64,000 nucleotides of DNA. Source: Marsupella aquatica (Eukaryota > Plantae > Marchantiophyta). A program made the translations under genes and the position numbers. Below are positions 23,073 to 34,395 of this stretch, piece after piece; within the stretch, counting starts at the first letter, position 1, and every line of letters starts with the position of its first letter. Where the stretch lies: the NCBI GenBank assembly GCA_973895155.1, contig OZ316896.1, positions 6,376,166 through 6,440,165 on the forward strand, read 5' to 3'. The notes under the pieces are model-generated. The model was not told where the DNA came from. It saw only the letters and a list, made by a program, of their open reading frames with translations, and did not search any database.

Positions 23073-26000
23073 TCACTGCAGACTAACACACTCTGATGGC
23101 CAGAGCACAAGAGATCCTACTGCATCTGCAATTATTTCCTGAGGTGGATCATCGTCTCTATTCGGAAATGGCAAATTACAATCAGATACAATCACTGTAG
23201 TCAACAACACTACTACATGGTCATCCGGGACCACTTTGCCATGGAATTTTGCATGATCCGGTCGCAAAATGCTTGTACCCACACATACCTGCGAGTCATC
23301 CTCCCATGATAGAAGATTATGGACTGGCTCTGCTGTGGCTATCACCTCCACCTTACCCTGGCTGTTTTTCTTGGCTTTCCTGGGTGGCTTATACATGACA
23401 TTATTCATACCTTGGTTGCGAGTCATGACTTTGGCACGAGTGTTTTGTGCTGGTGATCGAGAATTGGCTACACTCTTCTTCAAAGAATCTGCATCCATAT
23501 TTGACACTTCTAATTGTGTAGCAGGATTTCCCTACGACATCATCTCAGTATCTGCCAACATTGTACTTGCTTCAATTGAAGCATCTACAATCTTACTTGC
23601 ATCCAATGTTGCTCCCAAGTTTCGACGTCGCTTCACCCTACTCCCACTTGGTTGAGAGTCTGTCAACTCTACATCAACTACAATTCAGTGTCATGTCCAA
23701 CATAAGTCAATCACTCATCACATGTGCTAAATGTACATGTCACCAACCACAAAGTTGTCACTATCTCCTTACCATTATGAACAACCTTCTTCCCCTTCTT
23801 TGCCATTGCCATATGCTCCATGTCTGCTTCTGTTGATCAATAAACACACCACAATATTCAGGTTGAATCTATTAACCACTGAATTGTTGCTCAACATTCA
23901 TATAGAGGAATTTAAAGCATCAGCTTACCTGATACCTCCTTGGCTATGGTCACTGAGGCACTGGGCACATCTTCTTCATTATTGCTCTTTGAATCACCTG
24001 ATACATCAATCATGATGTCACTTCAGATCCCAGTTCATCCAACCAGTTCTTACAGAAAAGATTACCTCCAACCGGCTTAAGCTTCACAAAACTCCATGCA
24101 CTTTTCAAATGTAATGTACTGGATCATAGCAGGTTACCTGTCTCAACAACCTTCTTGCCCTTCTGCTTACTGATTACAGGGTCCTTCTCTGCCTCCACTC
24201 TTCCTGCATTCAAACCATTCACTCAATTCATGAAAACTTACTTCTAACATTTGAACATAGGACACAATGAACAATGGGCCGGTGTCATTTCCATACCTGT
24301 GTCAGATTTGCCAATTCCCTTTTTTGTTAACAAGGGCACACTTTGTACAATGTTGCCCTCATTGTTTGGTTGGGAACCACCCAATTTTTCAATCACAAGC
24401 TTGAAATTAGATTCCACTGATGCAAGAAGGTTCGCACAGATGCCTCCACAATATCCAAACGATCAGCCAATTTACTTTCCACTCGAGGGAGTCCACACTC
24501 TAATGACTTCAACCGTTCACACATCTCTGTGAGAGTTGTAACAGTTCCCTGTCATAACACAACTTACATATCTCAGATAACTGTCCCCAAGAACTGGTTG
24601 CTTACTTCCTACTACATTTCTTTCTGATGCTCAAGGCCAAATAGTCACAGAACATACAGAATTACAACATAATCACCTGTTTGGAAGTTACACTTGTCAC
24701 CTCACTCCTTTGTTTCATGAACTCCTCTCTCACTTCTTGTGCTGATGGTTCTTCACCTGTCAATTTCTTCTGCAGTCCACATCAACATACATATGAATGA
24801 AACCAAGTGTTGATTGTCAATGAAAATGTAATAATGGTAGCAAGATGATAAGTTTGAGGCTTACTATCAGGCATGTCACTGCCTTACCAATTGTTCTTTC
24901 ACTAGAGCATAACTTCCTCTCCCAGCCTGTGAAAGGTGTTTCACTTTGCCTCGAGCATTTGACATCAGTTCACTCTTGCTCTGTCCAGCCTCCGACATGA
25001 ACCCTTTGATTAACCGTGTCCATTGATCCAGTTCCAATGATGGGGGTGGTGGCATTCTCCTGTTAGAACCATTGTCTATCCACATCCTTTTCAACCTATG
25101 CCTCTCTTGTTTCAAAATCCTCATTGCATAATCTGATATGCAATCTTCAACTGGGCCCTTACCATCATTACCAACATACTCCCACCGTTCAAGAATGTCC
25201 TTGCAGATAGCAGCCCAATTAGCTTTGTTCTGACTCCTAAACTCTGTAATGCTCAAATCTAACCAACGCAATACTTCTCCTCTTAGGTCAGAATGCCAAC
25301 GGTTCTTACCATCACATGTGGGAGTTATCCAACCTTTGGAATTCACTTCTACTTTACCAAATTTGTTACTGTCTCCTGCCTTGGTACTCCCTGAAGCGCT
25401 ACTAGGTGTCCCTCCACGGCCTGGTGTCCCCCCACGGCCTGGGGTCCCTCCACGGCCTGATCTCCCCCCACGGCCTGGATTGCATTGTCCAAACCTCCCT
25501 GGAGTCCCTGCACATTTACAGGATCCATTTACAGTCACTTACATTAGGTAAGTATGAATCATAAATCCCGCTGCCAAATATACAGTGGACTTCAAAGCAA
25601 TTCTGCAATGACCAAGTTACCTCTCCCTTGGTGCATAGATGGTTCTGGACCACCTGTCCTATTGCTTTGTCTTGATGAATTAGGGGCGTTTCTCCCGCCT
25701 GTGAATGATTGCCTCCTATCTGAACATGGATGGCCTTTGTTGTTTTCGTGATTGTCCCAATCAGAGTCTGCATACCAACAGGTACATGCCACACTCATGG
25801 ACCTATAAGATAAACTCTTTGCCCTAGCTACACATCAGATAAGTGCATATTGAGCTAAATCTCTACTACCATCACAAAATCACTAGCACAAGGCACTTAC
25901 TTGTCCAATCATCCTCCTCACCTTTCCATTGCCCTCTGTACCCGTCTCTACCACGCTCTGGGTGTTCATATTCATCCCATCCATCTTCTGCTCCATCATA

Positions 26001-26261
26001 GTCATCATCATAATTATCAGGCGTCCCTTGCCAATAACTCTGGCTCCTTCTAGGGTATGGATTATGTGATTTCTCTCTAGCTGCCCACCTACCTGGGACT
26101 TGATGAGGGCCCTGTGCATCTTGCACAGGTGCATTTTTCTGTGAGCCCCCTGCATCTGGGTCTCCATCCATATCCAATCTTTCCTCTTCACCCCACTCTC
26201 CAAGCCCCATGTCTGTCTCCATGTCATCACCCTCTTCCCCCATAGCTTCACCCACAACCAA
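23073..26261 (-). CDS. Multi-exon TnpA-like protein (Ptta/En/Spm Transposase_24-like domain and C-terminal Tnp1-like domain)
   Basis: Exon 24876-25538 has QWTRLIKGFMSEAGQSKSELMSNARGKVKHLSQAGRGSY. Last exon has FHGKVVPDDHVVV...LPFP...IADAVGSLVLWP. Acidic N-terminal exon. Exon boundaries and intactness not fully resolved. Confidence 0.75.
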
Positions 26262-26412
26262 ACAGGGAGAATCAGCACACTAAATTCAAAGTATCAATCA
26301 ATTTCATGCATATCCAACTATCCTAAACATCATTCCAGGCAGCAATTCCCGTTATGTGACTCTGTGCAGGTAGTCATCCTCAACCTCATACTTGCCAATC
26401 GCCAGCTGTTGC

Positions 26413-29400
26413 CTATTGCAAATCATCAACCTCATCATATTCCATTTGCCCAGGTTCATCATATGTCTCTCTCAATGTTAAGGGGATGTAGTCAGTCCCT
26501 GCCCGAGTTGGAAGTACAGTCTCATGACTAGGATGCTCGAATGCAGCATGGTCATCCAAACTGAACTCTACTTTACTTCCATCCATCCGCCTGTTCCGTG
26601 CTTGGCTATGGCATACCACCCTCCAGCCATGTGACTCCTCCACATCTGCAAAGAAAGCCTGTTCAACTTGGCTAGGGAAAACAAAAGGCTCAGACCATTC
26701 TGGTACTCTGGACCTAAAATTGGCCAACAAGAACCCATCATGATCACGCTTCATGGTGGCCCTTGGTCTCTGCCACTCTGATTTCACCCATGATCCCTTC
26801 ATCAATATCACTAGGACACTTGTGTTACCATAATTCAACACCCAAATGTCGGTCAACTCCCCCACGTAACCCATCTTCATCCACCCCCTCTGTTCTTCAG
26901 AGGTTCTCTGCTCAAACACAGAAATCAAACCACAATCATATGATACACAATGGTCACCCTGCTCATCCCTCACTCGATAATGATTTCCATAAGCTCTCAT
27001 CCGTTTGTAGGTCAGAATAGACAATCGTGGTGGCACAGATAGAAGATACAAATCCTTCTCCATATCTGGGTGATGTCTACTATGCTCTCGAATTGTCACC
27101 CGAATCCACTGCTCGAACTGTGGGAAGGGATCCTGCTGCCCAGAGTGTGCAACTTTTTGCATATCATATTCCCTGCATTATGAGGTACAGGCATAGTTAG
27201 GTCTAAACAACACATGACAACCTAAGATCACCCTTGGAACAGACAAGAAGCATCACAACAAAGGCAAGTCAATTCAATCACTCACCTCCACCATGGTTGC
27301 ATAGGCTCTGTGTTTGCCAGCACATATGAATGAGCCTTGTCTCGAATCGCAACAGGCAGCTGAACAGCACGTCCCACACCTTCAACAACCTCGCCACTCA
27401 CTCCATCATCTTCACCAGATTTCCAAACTCTTGTCATAGCTTCACCAGACCCAGCCATGTACTCTGTTAGGAATCCCAACGTCTCATCCTTAATGTACCC
27501 CAATGCCATGGAAGCCTCTGGCCTGTAGTATGTTCTCACATGACCTTTCAACAACTTCATGTATCGCTCCATAGGGTACATCCATCTGGTACTGACTGGC
27601 CCATACTGCCCTAGCTCTTCTACCACATGGATTAGGAGATGAGTCATAACATCAAAGAAAGCAGGGGGGAAGTATATCTCCAAGTCACAGAGGACATAAG
27701 CAGCATCCTGCTTCAACTGCTCCAATCCTTGGGGATCCCACACTTTCACACATATACGGCGAAATACATTGCACAGTCGAAGAATGACATTACGGACTGG
27801 TTTCTGCATGAGACCTCTGAGGCATAGGGGCAGAATGTGCTGCATCAACACATGGTAGTCATGTGTTTTCATACTGCCAAGTTTATTCTTTGTAATATGC
27901 TTCTTGAAGGCACCAGCATAGCCAGAGGGCACTTTCAGACAGCTCAATCTATACAAGAATGTCTTCCATTCATCCTGTGTGCACACATAGGGAGCTTGGA
28001 ACTTGAGAAGTACATTGGGATTGCTTGCATGGGGCTTCAACCAAAGGTGAGGGCGAATCCCCTTCTATTGCATATCAGCTCGAACTGCTCCTGTATCTTT
28101 CTCACCCGACAAGAACTTCAGCAAGCTCTCACAAATATTTTTCTCAATGTGCATGACGTCCACATTGTGTTTGCTGGGCTCGAATTCCTGCACTCCACAA
28201 AGCAAAGAATTCAACAACAGAAACACTAATTAACCACATAGGAGGATTGTAACCAACATCAATCCACCATTGCTCCAATCTAAAATTGCAATCATACAGG
28301 GGCTGGAGGCTAAGTACATTACCCTCCAGTACTCCAACTCCAAGTCCATCAAGGTCTGTCTTTTCACACCGTGTTTCACCACTGGATCCTCAGGTTCTCG
28401 ATCAGTGGCACTTCTCTTGTCCCAATCAGCCTTCCTGGCTGCCCACCTCAGGACTTGCTCTCTGGTGACCCTCTGTGGTGGGCCACGAAGCTCTATTTTG
28501 TTGTTGAAGTGTGCAATTTGAGACCGTGTGTGCCTGTAAGGATGATCAACAGGCAGATACCTTCTATGCCCCTGAAATTTCATACTATGCAGGGCATGCG
28601 ACCACTCACTTGTCACATTTTTCCCACATGGTGTGCACCCCACATAGCCCTTTGTCACTCGTCCAGATATGATGCCATGGCCTGGGTAATCTGCTATATC
28701 CAGCAAACAAATTGCATGCAGTCTAAAGGGGCTGGGTCGAAGAAGCCCCTTCAGAACATCATGGGTTAACACCCCTTCTATCCACAAAGTCTTCCACTCT
28801 TCCACTGCTGGAGCCAACATGATATCTATGAATTGCTCGGTCACAGAAGCTGGTCCAAGGATTAACAGCACCATCATGACAAAAAACCTCTTTGTAGTCA
28901 TCCATGGGGGAAGGTTGTAATTTAGCAGCGTAACCGGCCAACATGAATAACGGTTGTTTTTGTCTCCAAATGGGTTTACTCCATCCAGTGATAGACCAAA
29001 TCGAAAGTTCCGCTTCTCTACAGCAAACTGTGGCCACCTCTCATCAACAAATTTCCAATGGTTGGAATCTCCAATGTGACGTTGCAGGCCATCACTGCTC
29101 TTGTTATCAGGAGTCCATGTCATCAGCTTGAAAATGGCAGGGCATCTAAACAGACGTTGTAGTCTAGGAATGAGAGGAAAATGACGAAGAACCTTGGCAG
29201 GGTGTGTACATTTCCCTACATTCTTGTACCTATGCTTACCACAATGAGGGCATGTCAATTTATCTGCATGCTCTTTGCGAAAGAGAACACACCCATCAGG
29301 GCATGCGTCAATAGACACATAGTTCAGCCCAAGGTTAGACATCAATTTCCTAGCCTCGTACATATTTTTTGGAATTGAATTACCATCTGGTAACACATTT

Positions 29401-30113
29401 CGGCGCAGGAAGGTCAACAACTCTGTCACAAATATATTGGGAACATTGTGATTGCCACAGATGTTCAACAACAACACGACAAAACCCAGCTTGGAGCAGT
29501 TCGACCCCTCGTAGATAGGAATGCAAGCTTCTTTGATGTGTTTTGGGCCCCCAAACACCCACTCCCTCTCTGCTGCACCTTCCCCAATGTCAAAGTCAGG
29601 TTGAGCTTGGCCGTCGCCAATGTGTGGCTGCGGTTCATTGTCCTCTTCTGATTCCACTGTGTCGTAAAAAGCATCAAGGTCTTCAAAAATCTCTTGAACC
29701 ATTCTTGGGACATCCATCCCACCGTCCTCAGTGATTGCCTCTGCATCTCCATCTTGGTCATCCACGTTCTCATGTTGGACCCCAGGACCATCCTCTGCAC
29801 AATCTATGTCCTGCTCTACGTAGTCTCTACGCCTAGCTGTATTAGAATCCACAAAGTCAGCTCTCCACTCTTCATCAGAGGAGTCTTCTTCTGCTGGTAC
29901 ATTCCAAACCCTCCACCGAGGGTGCCTTTCATGCCGCAACAGGTGAAGGTGCACAGTGTTCAAACTCAACGACTTGAATCCTTGGCACTGTGTGCATGGG
30001 CATCTCATCCTCCTACTCCTACCTTGGGCGGCCCGGGCTTGTTCACGCATCCACAATTTAGAATCATGATGCCTAATCCTAAATGGGTTGTGAAGAGGCA
30101 ACCTTGGAGCCAT
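26413..30113 (-). pseudogene. CACTA TnpD/Tnp2 transposase (Transposase_21, DUF4218, DUF4216); 3 exons, one premature stop
   Basis: Exons ~30113-28323, 28187-27286 and 27173-26413 with GT-AG ends. Motifs MRCPCTQC, IDACPDGC, LSLDGVNPF, DIADYPG, HNVDVMHIEKNICE, MKTHDYH, RWMYPMERY, EPFVFPSQVEQAFF. In-frame TAG at 28065-28067. Confidence 0.93.
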
Positions 30114-30439
30114 CACTATACACACGCACTCAGCACCCTGTCATTTTATTATGCAAGTGAAAAATACACTTCCTGTTAAGGATTTCACCCCCGACTGTAC
30201 TTGCCAAAATACGTAACGTTCCAAAAAAACAAAAAAACAAAAAATATAGGTGCCTGAGTCATGTACCTATTCTCAAGTGAATGAGACAAAATTCCTAAAT
30301 GTTTGAGGGTGTCAACTCCTCCGCTGTCCTCACATGTACTGCCTCTGCACGTACATCCATGACCATATCAGAGTCCAATCATGTATAGTCATAGACACAG
30401 GTGCCAGGTGCGAGACCGGTGTGAGATGTCCTCATCTTA

Positions 30440-31009
30440 CTACCACATCAAATACGGATACCAATCCTGTTGTCGATGCCACTCAGCCCTGAGGTACTCA
30501 GGCATGTACATTAAGTCATCAAGGTCTAAACCCTGCTCATGCCATGGTGGTCTTCGATCCGTGCCTACAAGCAGTGGCAGCAGTGCCCTCCATGGTGCAC
30601 ATGTTGCTACCAAGTCCCTCCACTAGGTACTAATTAGTCTATATTTGCAGATATCTTGTGCGCCAGACACCACAAGAACCCTCGGCCAGACATGTGTAAG
30701 AACTATATCATCTGCCAAATCAGGCAACAAGGAACCACCTACAGCATCGTGCTTGTCTAACTCATCTGCTGAAAAGTAAATGTCCTCTTCCGACTGTGCA
30801 TCCTCATTCACCACAGCATTCACAACACATCCAAGGTCTGCAGGCATTATCTCGGATGGAGCTACACTCTGTCTGGTTACCAATCCACACAAGTAAGCCC
30901 AAGCAGTAGCCATGCACGATGCAACCCGTAGGAGGACCCTACATAGGGCCTGACGGTCTGGAAGAGGCAGCATACCCACCAAAGTCTTCAGCCAAACAGA
31001 GCCCAGCAA
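30440..31009 (-). pseudogene. F-box-like protein carried by the CACTA (one in-frame TAG at 30623-30625)
   Basis: SLLPDLADDIVLTHVWPRV...ICKYRLIST*WRDLV matches the F-box pattern LPxLPDD...L..VSxxWRxL. The frame continues 60 codons past the stop. Start codon uncertain. Confidence 0.65.
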
Positions 31010-31149
31010 GTAGATTCACAGTCACACCCCACGCAGCAGGAAACAACAATCACTTCAACTGCGACCAACCATGACAAGATGAGTTAGTTCAAGGATCACA
31101 TTTATTACAAAATTGTGTTTTATACAAAAATATGAAGGACTCCTACTCC

Positions 31150-31998
31150 TCACTCTCTCCCACCTTTGCTAAGCATACATCTCCGCTGAATCTTGGAGGG
31201 CCAGGCCTCAAAAATATCAAAGTCCCAAGCATTCTGTCGCTTCCCTCTAGCTGCTGATTCTAGAAGCCAATCAGGGGAAAGCACCCAAAGATTGTTGTTC
31301 ATGACAAAATCACGCACTGTTGTCTTAAAGAATTTTCTACATATTTTCATGTATGACAGACCTACAACATGAGTGGAGGTTTCTGTTAGACTCTCCTCCA
31401 CTGTCCCACCTAGCTCAACAACTATAGACTTGTACAGTCTGCACTTAGTCTCCCCAATTCCTTCTTCTGCAAATACCACACTGAACCCCTTCATAATGGT
31501 ATTTCTCTCCTTGCCATGCTCATTCAATATAGCATCTGCACGCATAGGATGGTGTCCTATGTTGACAACAGGTCCATATTGGACAGAAGCAAAGTTGGGT
31601 TTCTCTGCCGCTGCTTCATAGGCTTCCTTTTCAGCCAAAGCCTCTGCAGTGGCCTCCTCACTCTCCCACAACTCATATTGCTCAGTACTCTGTACACACC
31701 TATGTTTAACAGAATCGGTCAGCCAAGAGACTTCAACTACTTTTAGACCTTGGTTGGTAATGGCAGAATCAATGAAGGACCATGACCACTTGTTCATCAC
31801 ATCCAGCCATGTCCCCGCAACAACATGTGTAGTCTGTGGAGTGATGTCCTTGACTTCAGTCCCATGGAACTCTGAGAATCGTTTTTGTACGATTGGCCAA
31901 CTCACTTGGGTGAACCCATAGTGGCCAGGAATCAAAATGGCTTTGATTCCAGCCAACAGAGGCGGGTGGTCAACCTTTGTACGTTTCCTAGAGGCCAT
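31150..31998 (-). CDS. Intronless tandem-BRCT protein (~282 aa) carried by the CACTA
   Basis: Two BRCT signatures: TTHVVA...VVEVSWLTDSVK...YEL and LGGTVEESLTETSTHVV...VLSPDWLLES. Basic N-terminus RKRTK. TATAAAT ~80 bp upstream. Confidence 0.85.
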   Translation of the reverse strand: MASRKRTKVDHPPLLAGIKAILIPGHYGFTQVSWPIVQKRFSEFHGTEVKDITPQTTHVVAGTWLDVMNKWSWSFIDSAITNQGLKVVEVSWLTDSVKHRCVQSTEQYELWESEEATAEALAEKEAYEAAAEKPNFASVQYGPVVNIGHHPMRADAILNEHGKERNTIMKGFSVVFAEEGIGETKCRLYKSIVVELGGTVEESLTETSTHVVGLSYMKICRKFFKTTVRDFVMNNNLWVLSPDWLLESAARGKRQNAWDFDIFEAWPSKIQRRCMLSKGGRE

Positions 31999-32586
31999 GT
32001 ACACACGGGCCACCTAATCACTGCAGACCGGAAGATAATGCGTTCACCTGATAATCGGAGGGCCCTTAAAATGCTGCATTTATAACTTGGTCCAGTCCAG
32101 TCATCTGGTGAGTCTCTGCTCCGATTCCAAACGGGAGAAATATTGGGACAAACGTACTAGACACCTGCAAGCATGCACCTCATAGTTTGAATATGTGCCT
32201 TCACAATATTGAAGGTGACAAGTGCAATTGTTTTGTGATGCCACATACAGATGTTGTAAATGGGCAGACATTCAATGAGAATACAAAATGTTGGTACACT
32301 TTAAGGGAATTCTCGCAAATTAAATAGCCTTGTAACTTATATGCTCATAATGAGAAGTCCTGATTTAATTTAAGCAGTGTCATGTAAGTCGTGATCAAAA
32401 TGATTGCAGAGTTAAAAAAGTTCCTAGAAGGCTTAAGGGCAGTTTTTGAAGGCATGTACCCAGGAACAAGTAATGAACTTAGGGTACTTGTTGCCTAAGC
32501 ATCCTCTCCTACAGAGGTCCTTCTTCTCAAAATTGGAATGTCTGCAATCTCCAAGGTATCCACATCAGGTGCACTATGCATGTATA

Positions 32587-33276
32587 TTATTCAGGTTCAA
32601 AGCCAAGAGTGTGATCTCTCATGGGAGTGTGCAAAGTAGGATCTATGGCATGGCGATGACAATAGAAGATCCATTGATCAACACCATGTGCAGAGTGATC
32701 ATAGATGTGTCTGTCACAAGCATAGCCTTCTGCTTGACGCTCCTTCAAACAATGAAAGTGCCACATGGTGGGACACCTAACACAGTGGACTATGTCCACC
32801 CAGAAATCTTCATCGTGCTGACCACATGCCTTGCACTTATGAAGTGGGCAAGCTGTGGCAAGATCGGGCAAATATGAAAAACAAAAGAACCTCACACAAT
32901 ATCTGTCAGGGCATTTCCTAACAAGTGGTGGAGCATCAACAGAGCCCTCATAAGACCCCAACTTCCCACACTGTGCACACTTAGCCTGCTTCTCCAAACA
33001 ATCAGTGCACATCCAGCCTCCCTGGTGTGCTGACGGGAGGCCCACCCCTGGACAGTTGTTTTCTGCAGCAAGGTCAGACTCCGGGTTGAGGTGGAAATGC
33101 CTCATGCAAGGGCCCTCACATATGGCTAAGCCACCACCATCGTCACAAATGGCACAACAATGAGCTGCCTTCTGGAAAATCTGACTTGCGGAGAAGTTAC
33201 TACCATCTGGCCCAACTACACCTGTGTTGCTCACCTCTGTCCCCCGCTTCTTGGCTCGGATTTTAGGGCGTGCCAT
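32587..33276 (-). CDS. Intronless stand-alone EDM2-like PHD-finger protein (229 aa) carried by the CACTA
   Basis: CAICDDGG...CEGPCMRHFH...CTDC...CAQCGKLGS...CPLHKCKAC...CVRCPTMWHFHC...IFYCHRHAIDPTLHTPMRDH follows, as I recall it, the EDM2 PHD region (CPLHKC...CRRCP.SYH..C...IYC..HEID..L.TP.RDH). N-terminal basic patch. Confidence 0.85.
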   Translation of the reverse strand: MARPKIRAKKRGTEVSNTGVVGPDGSNFSASQIFQKAAHCCAICDDGGGLAICEGPCMRHFHLNPESDLAAENNCPGVGLPSAHQGGWMCTDCLEKQAKCAQCGKLGSYEGSVDAPPLVRKCPDRYCVRFFCFSYLPDLATACPLHKCKACGQHDEDFWVDIVHCVRCPTMWHFHCLKERQAEGYACDRHIYDHSAHGVDQWIFYCHRHAIDPTLHTPMRDHTLGFEPE

Positions 33277-33945
33277 GCCTACGCATGAGACAGATAGTAC
33301 AATTTAGCAGAGTGCACGGACAATACAATTTAGTGCAGTGTACAAAAAGTACAGTGTAGCATATAGACTAGAGTGGTAATTGCTACTGCAATGAAATGTT
33401 CACACACATGTGCAGAGTAGACATACTTTTTGGTTTGTTGAGCCCACACTAAAAACTGATCCCCTCGTACAATAGCTCCACCTACACCTCAATTTTATGG
33501 CTATGATTCACCAAAGGAGATCTGCAACAAGATTTAATGCATTTGAATCACATATAACAGTCGTGACATGTAAAACATGCATTTTTTGAACAGGATTGGT
33601 ATCAAGCAGTGTGATCAGGGTTGTAATTTATACATCCTAAATAGGCTATGATAGTGAATGAGACAAATAAGTTAGGCATAAATCACTTTTTCCAGGTTAT
33701 CACATGGCCCATTAATTCCAGTCTTTGAAAGGAGACTTTTAAGTGAGCGTGCTAGCCTCTTAAATTAGGATATTGTACTTAGTGCAGCCATAATAGGATA
33801 AGTTATGTACTGTTGACCCTAAACCCTGGACCCAAAATTGGTCATAATTCAAAATCTTAAGTAAATATCCTCTCTGTTCAAGTCAAAGTGTTAAGTTATA
33901 GGTCAATGGTCTCTGGTTTGTGCATGCGGTGTGACAAGTGGTCCT

Positions 33946-34395
33946 CTAGAGCGTGTGATCCAAACATGTGTAGACACCAAAGTGACCGGTGGTGGGGTCT
34001 GGGAGGGCAGGACAAGTGACATCGCCAGGCACACTACAGGATGGCGAGTGGTTCCAGATGATACATTGTGCTCTATGAAAAAACCGACATCCAAGAGAAC
34101 GGTCATCCAACTCTAGGCCAGAAGCCCTACAAGCAGGACAGTCATATTGGCAACTGTGCACACACCCTTGGGCCCTAATTTGTGGCGGGTCATGTACAAG
34201 AGACAGAAATACCAAGGATGTTGGGAAGGGTGGAGAAGCAGGTACAGGCCGGTTGTAGTTGTTCCTGGCAACAACTGGGTACTCAAAGTACCATGCAGAC
34301 TGGGCTGGAAGGATCCCAAGTCTGACATACTCAAGGCGCAACATCTCTGCCTTGCGTGCAAGCCGCACATGTTCAGCGTTGCGGGTCCTCACCAT
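33946..34395 (-). CDS. Hypothetical Cys/His-rich protein (149 aa) inside the CACTA
   Basis: ATG-started open frame (MVRTR...) on the same strand as the other cargo, with CVHSCQYDCPAC...CRFFHRAQC. No family recognised. Confidence 0.35.
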   Translation of the reverse strand: MVRTRNAEHVRLARKAEMLRLEYVRLGILPAQSAWYFEYPVVARNNYNRPVPASPPFPTSLVFLSLVHDPPQIRAQGCVHSCQYDCPACRASGLELDDRSLGCRFFHRAQCIIWNHSPSCSVPGDVTCPALPDPTTGHFGVYTCLDHTL

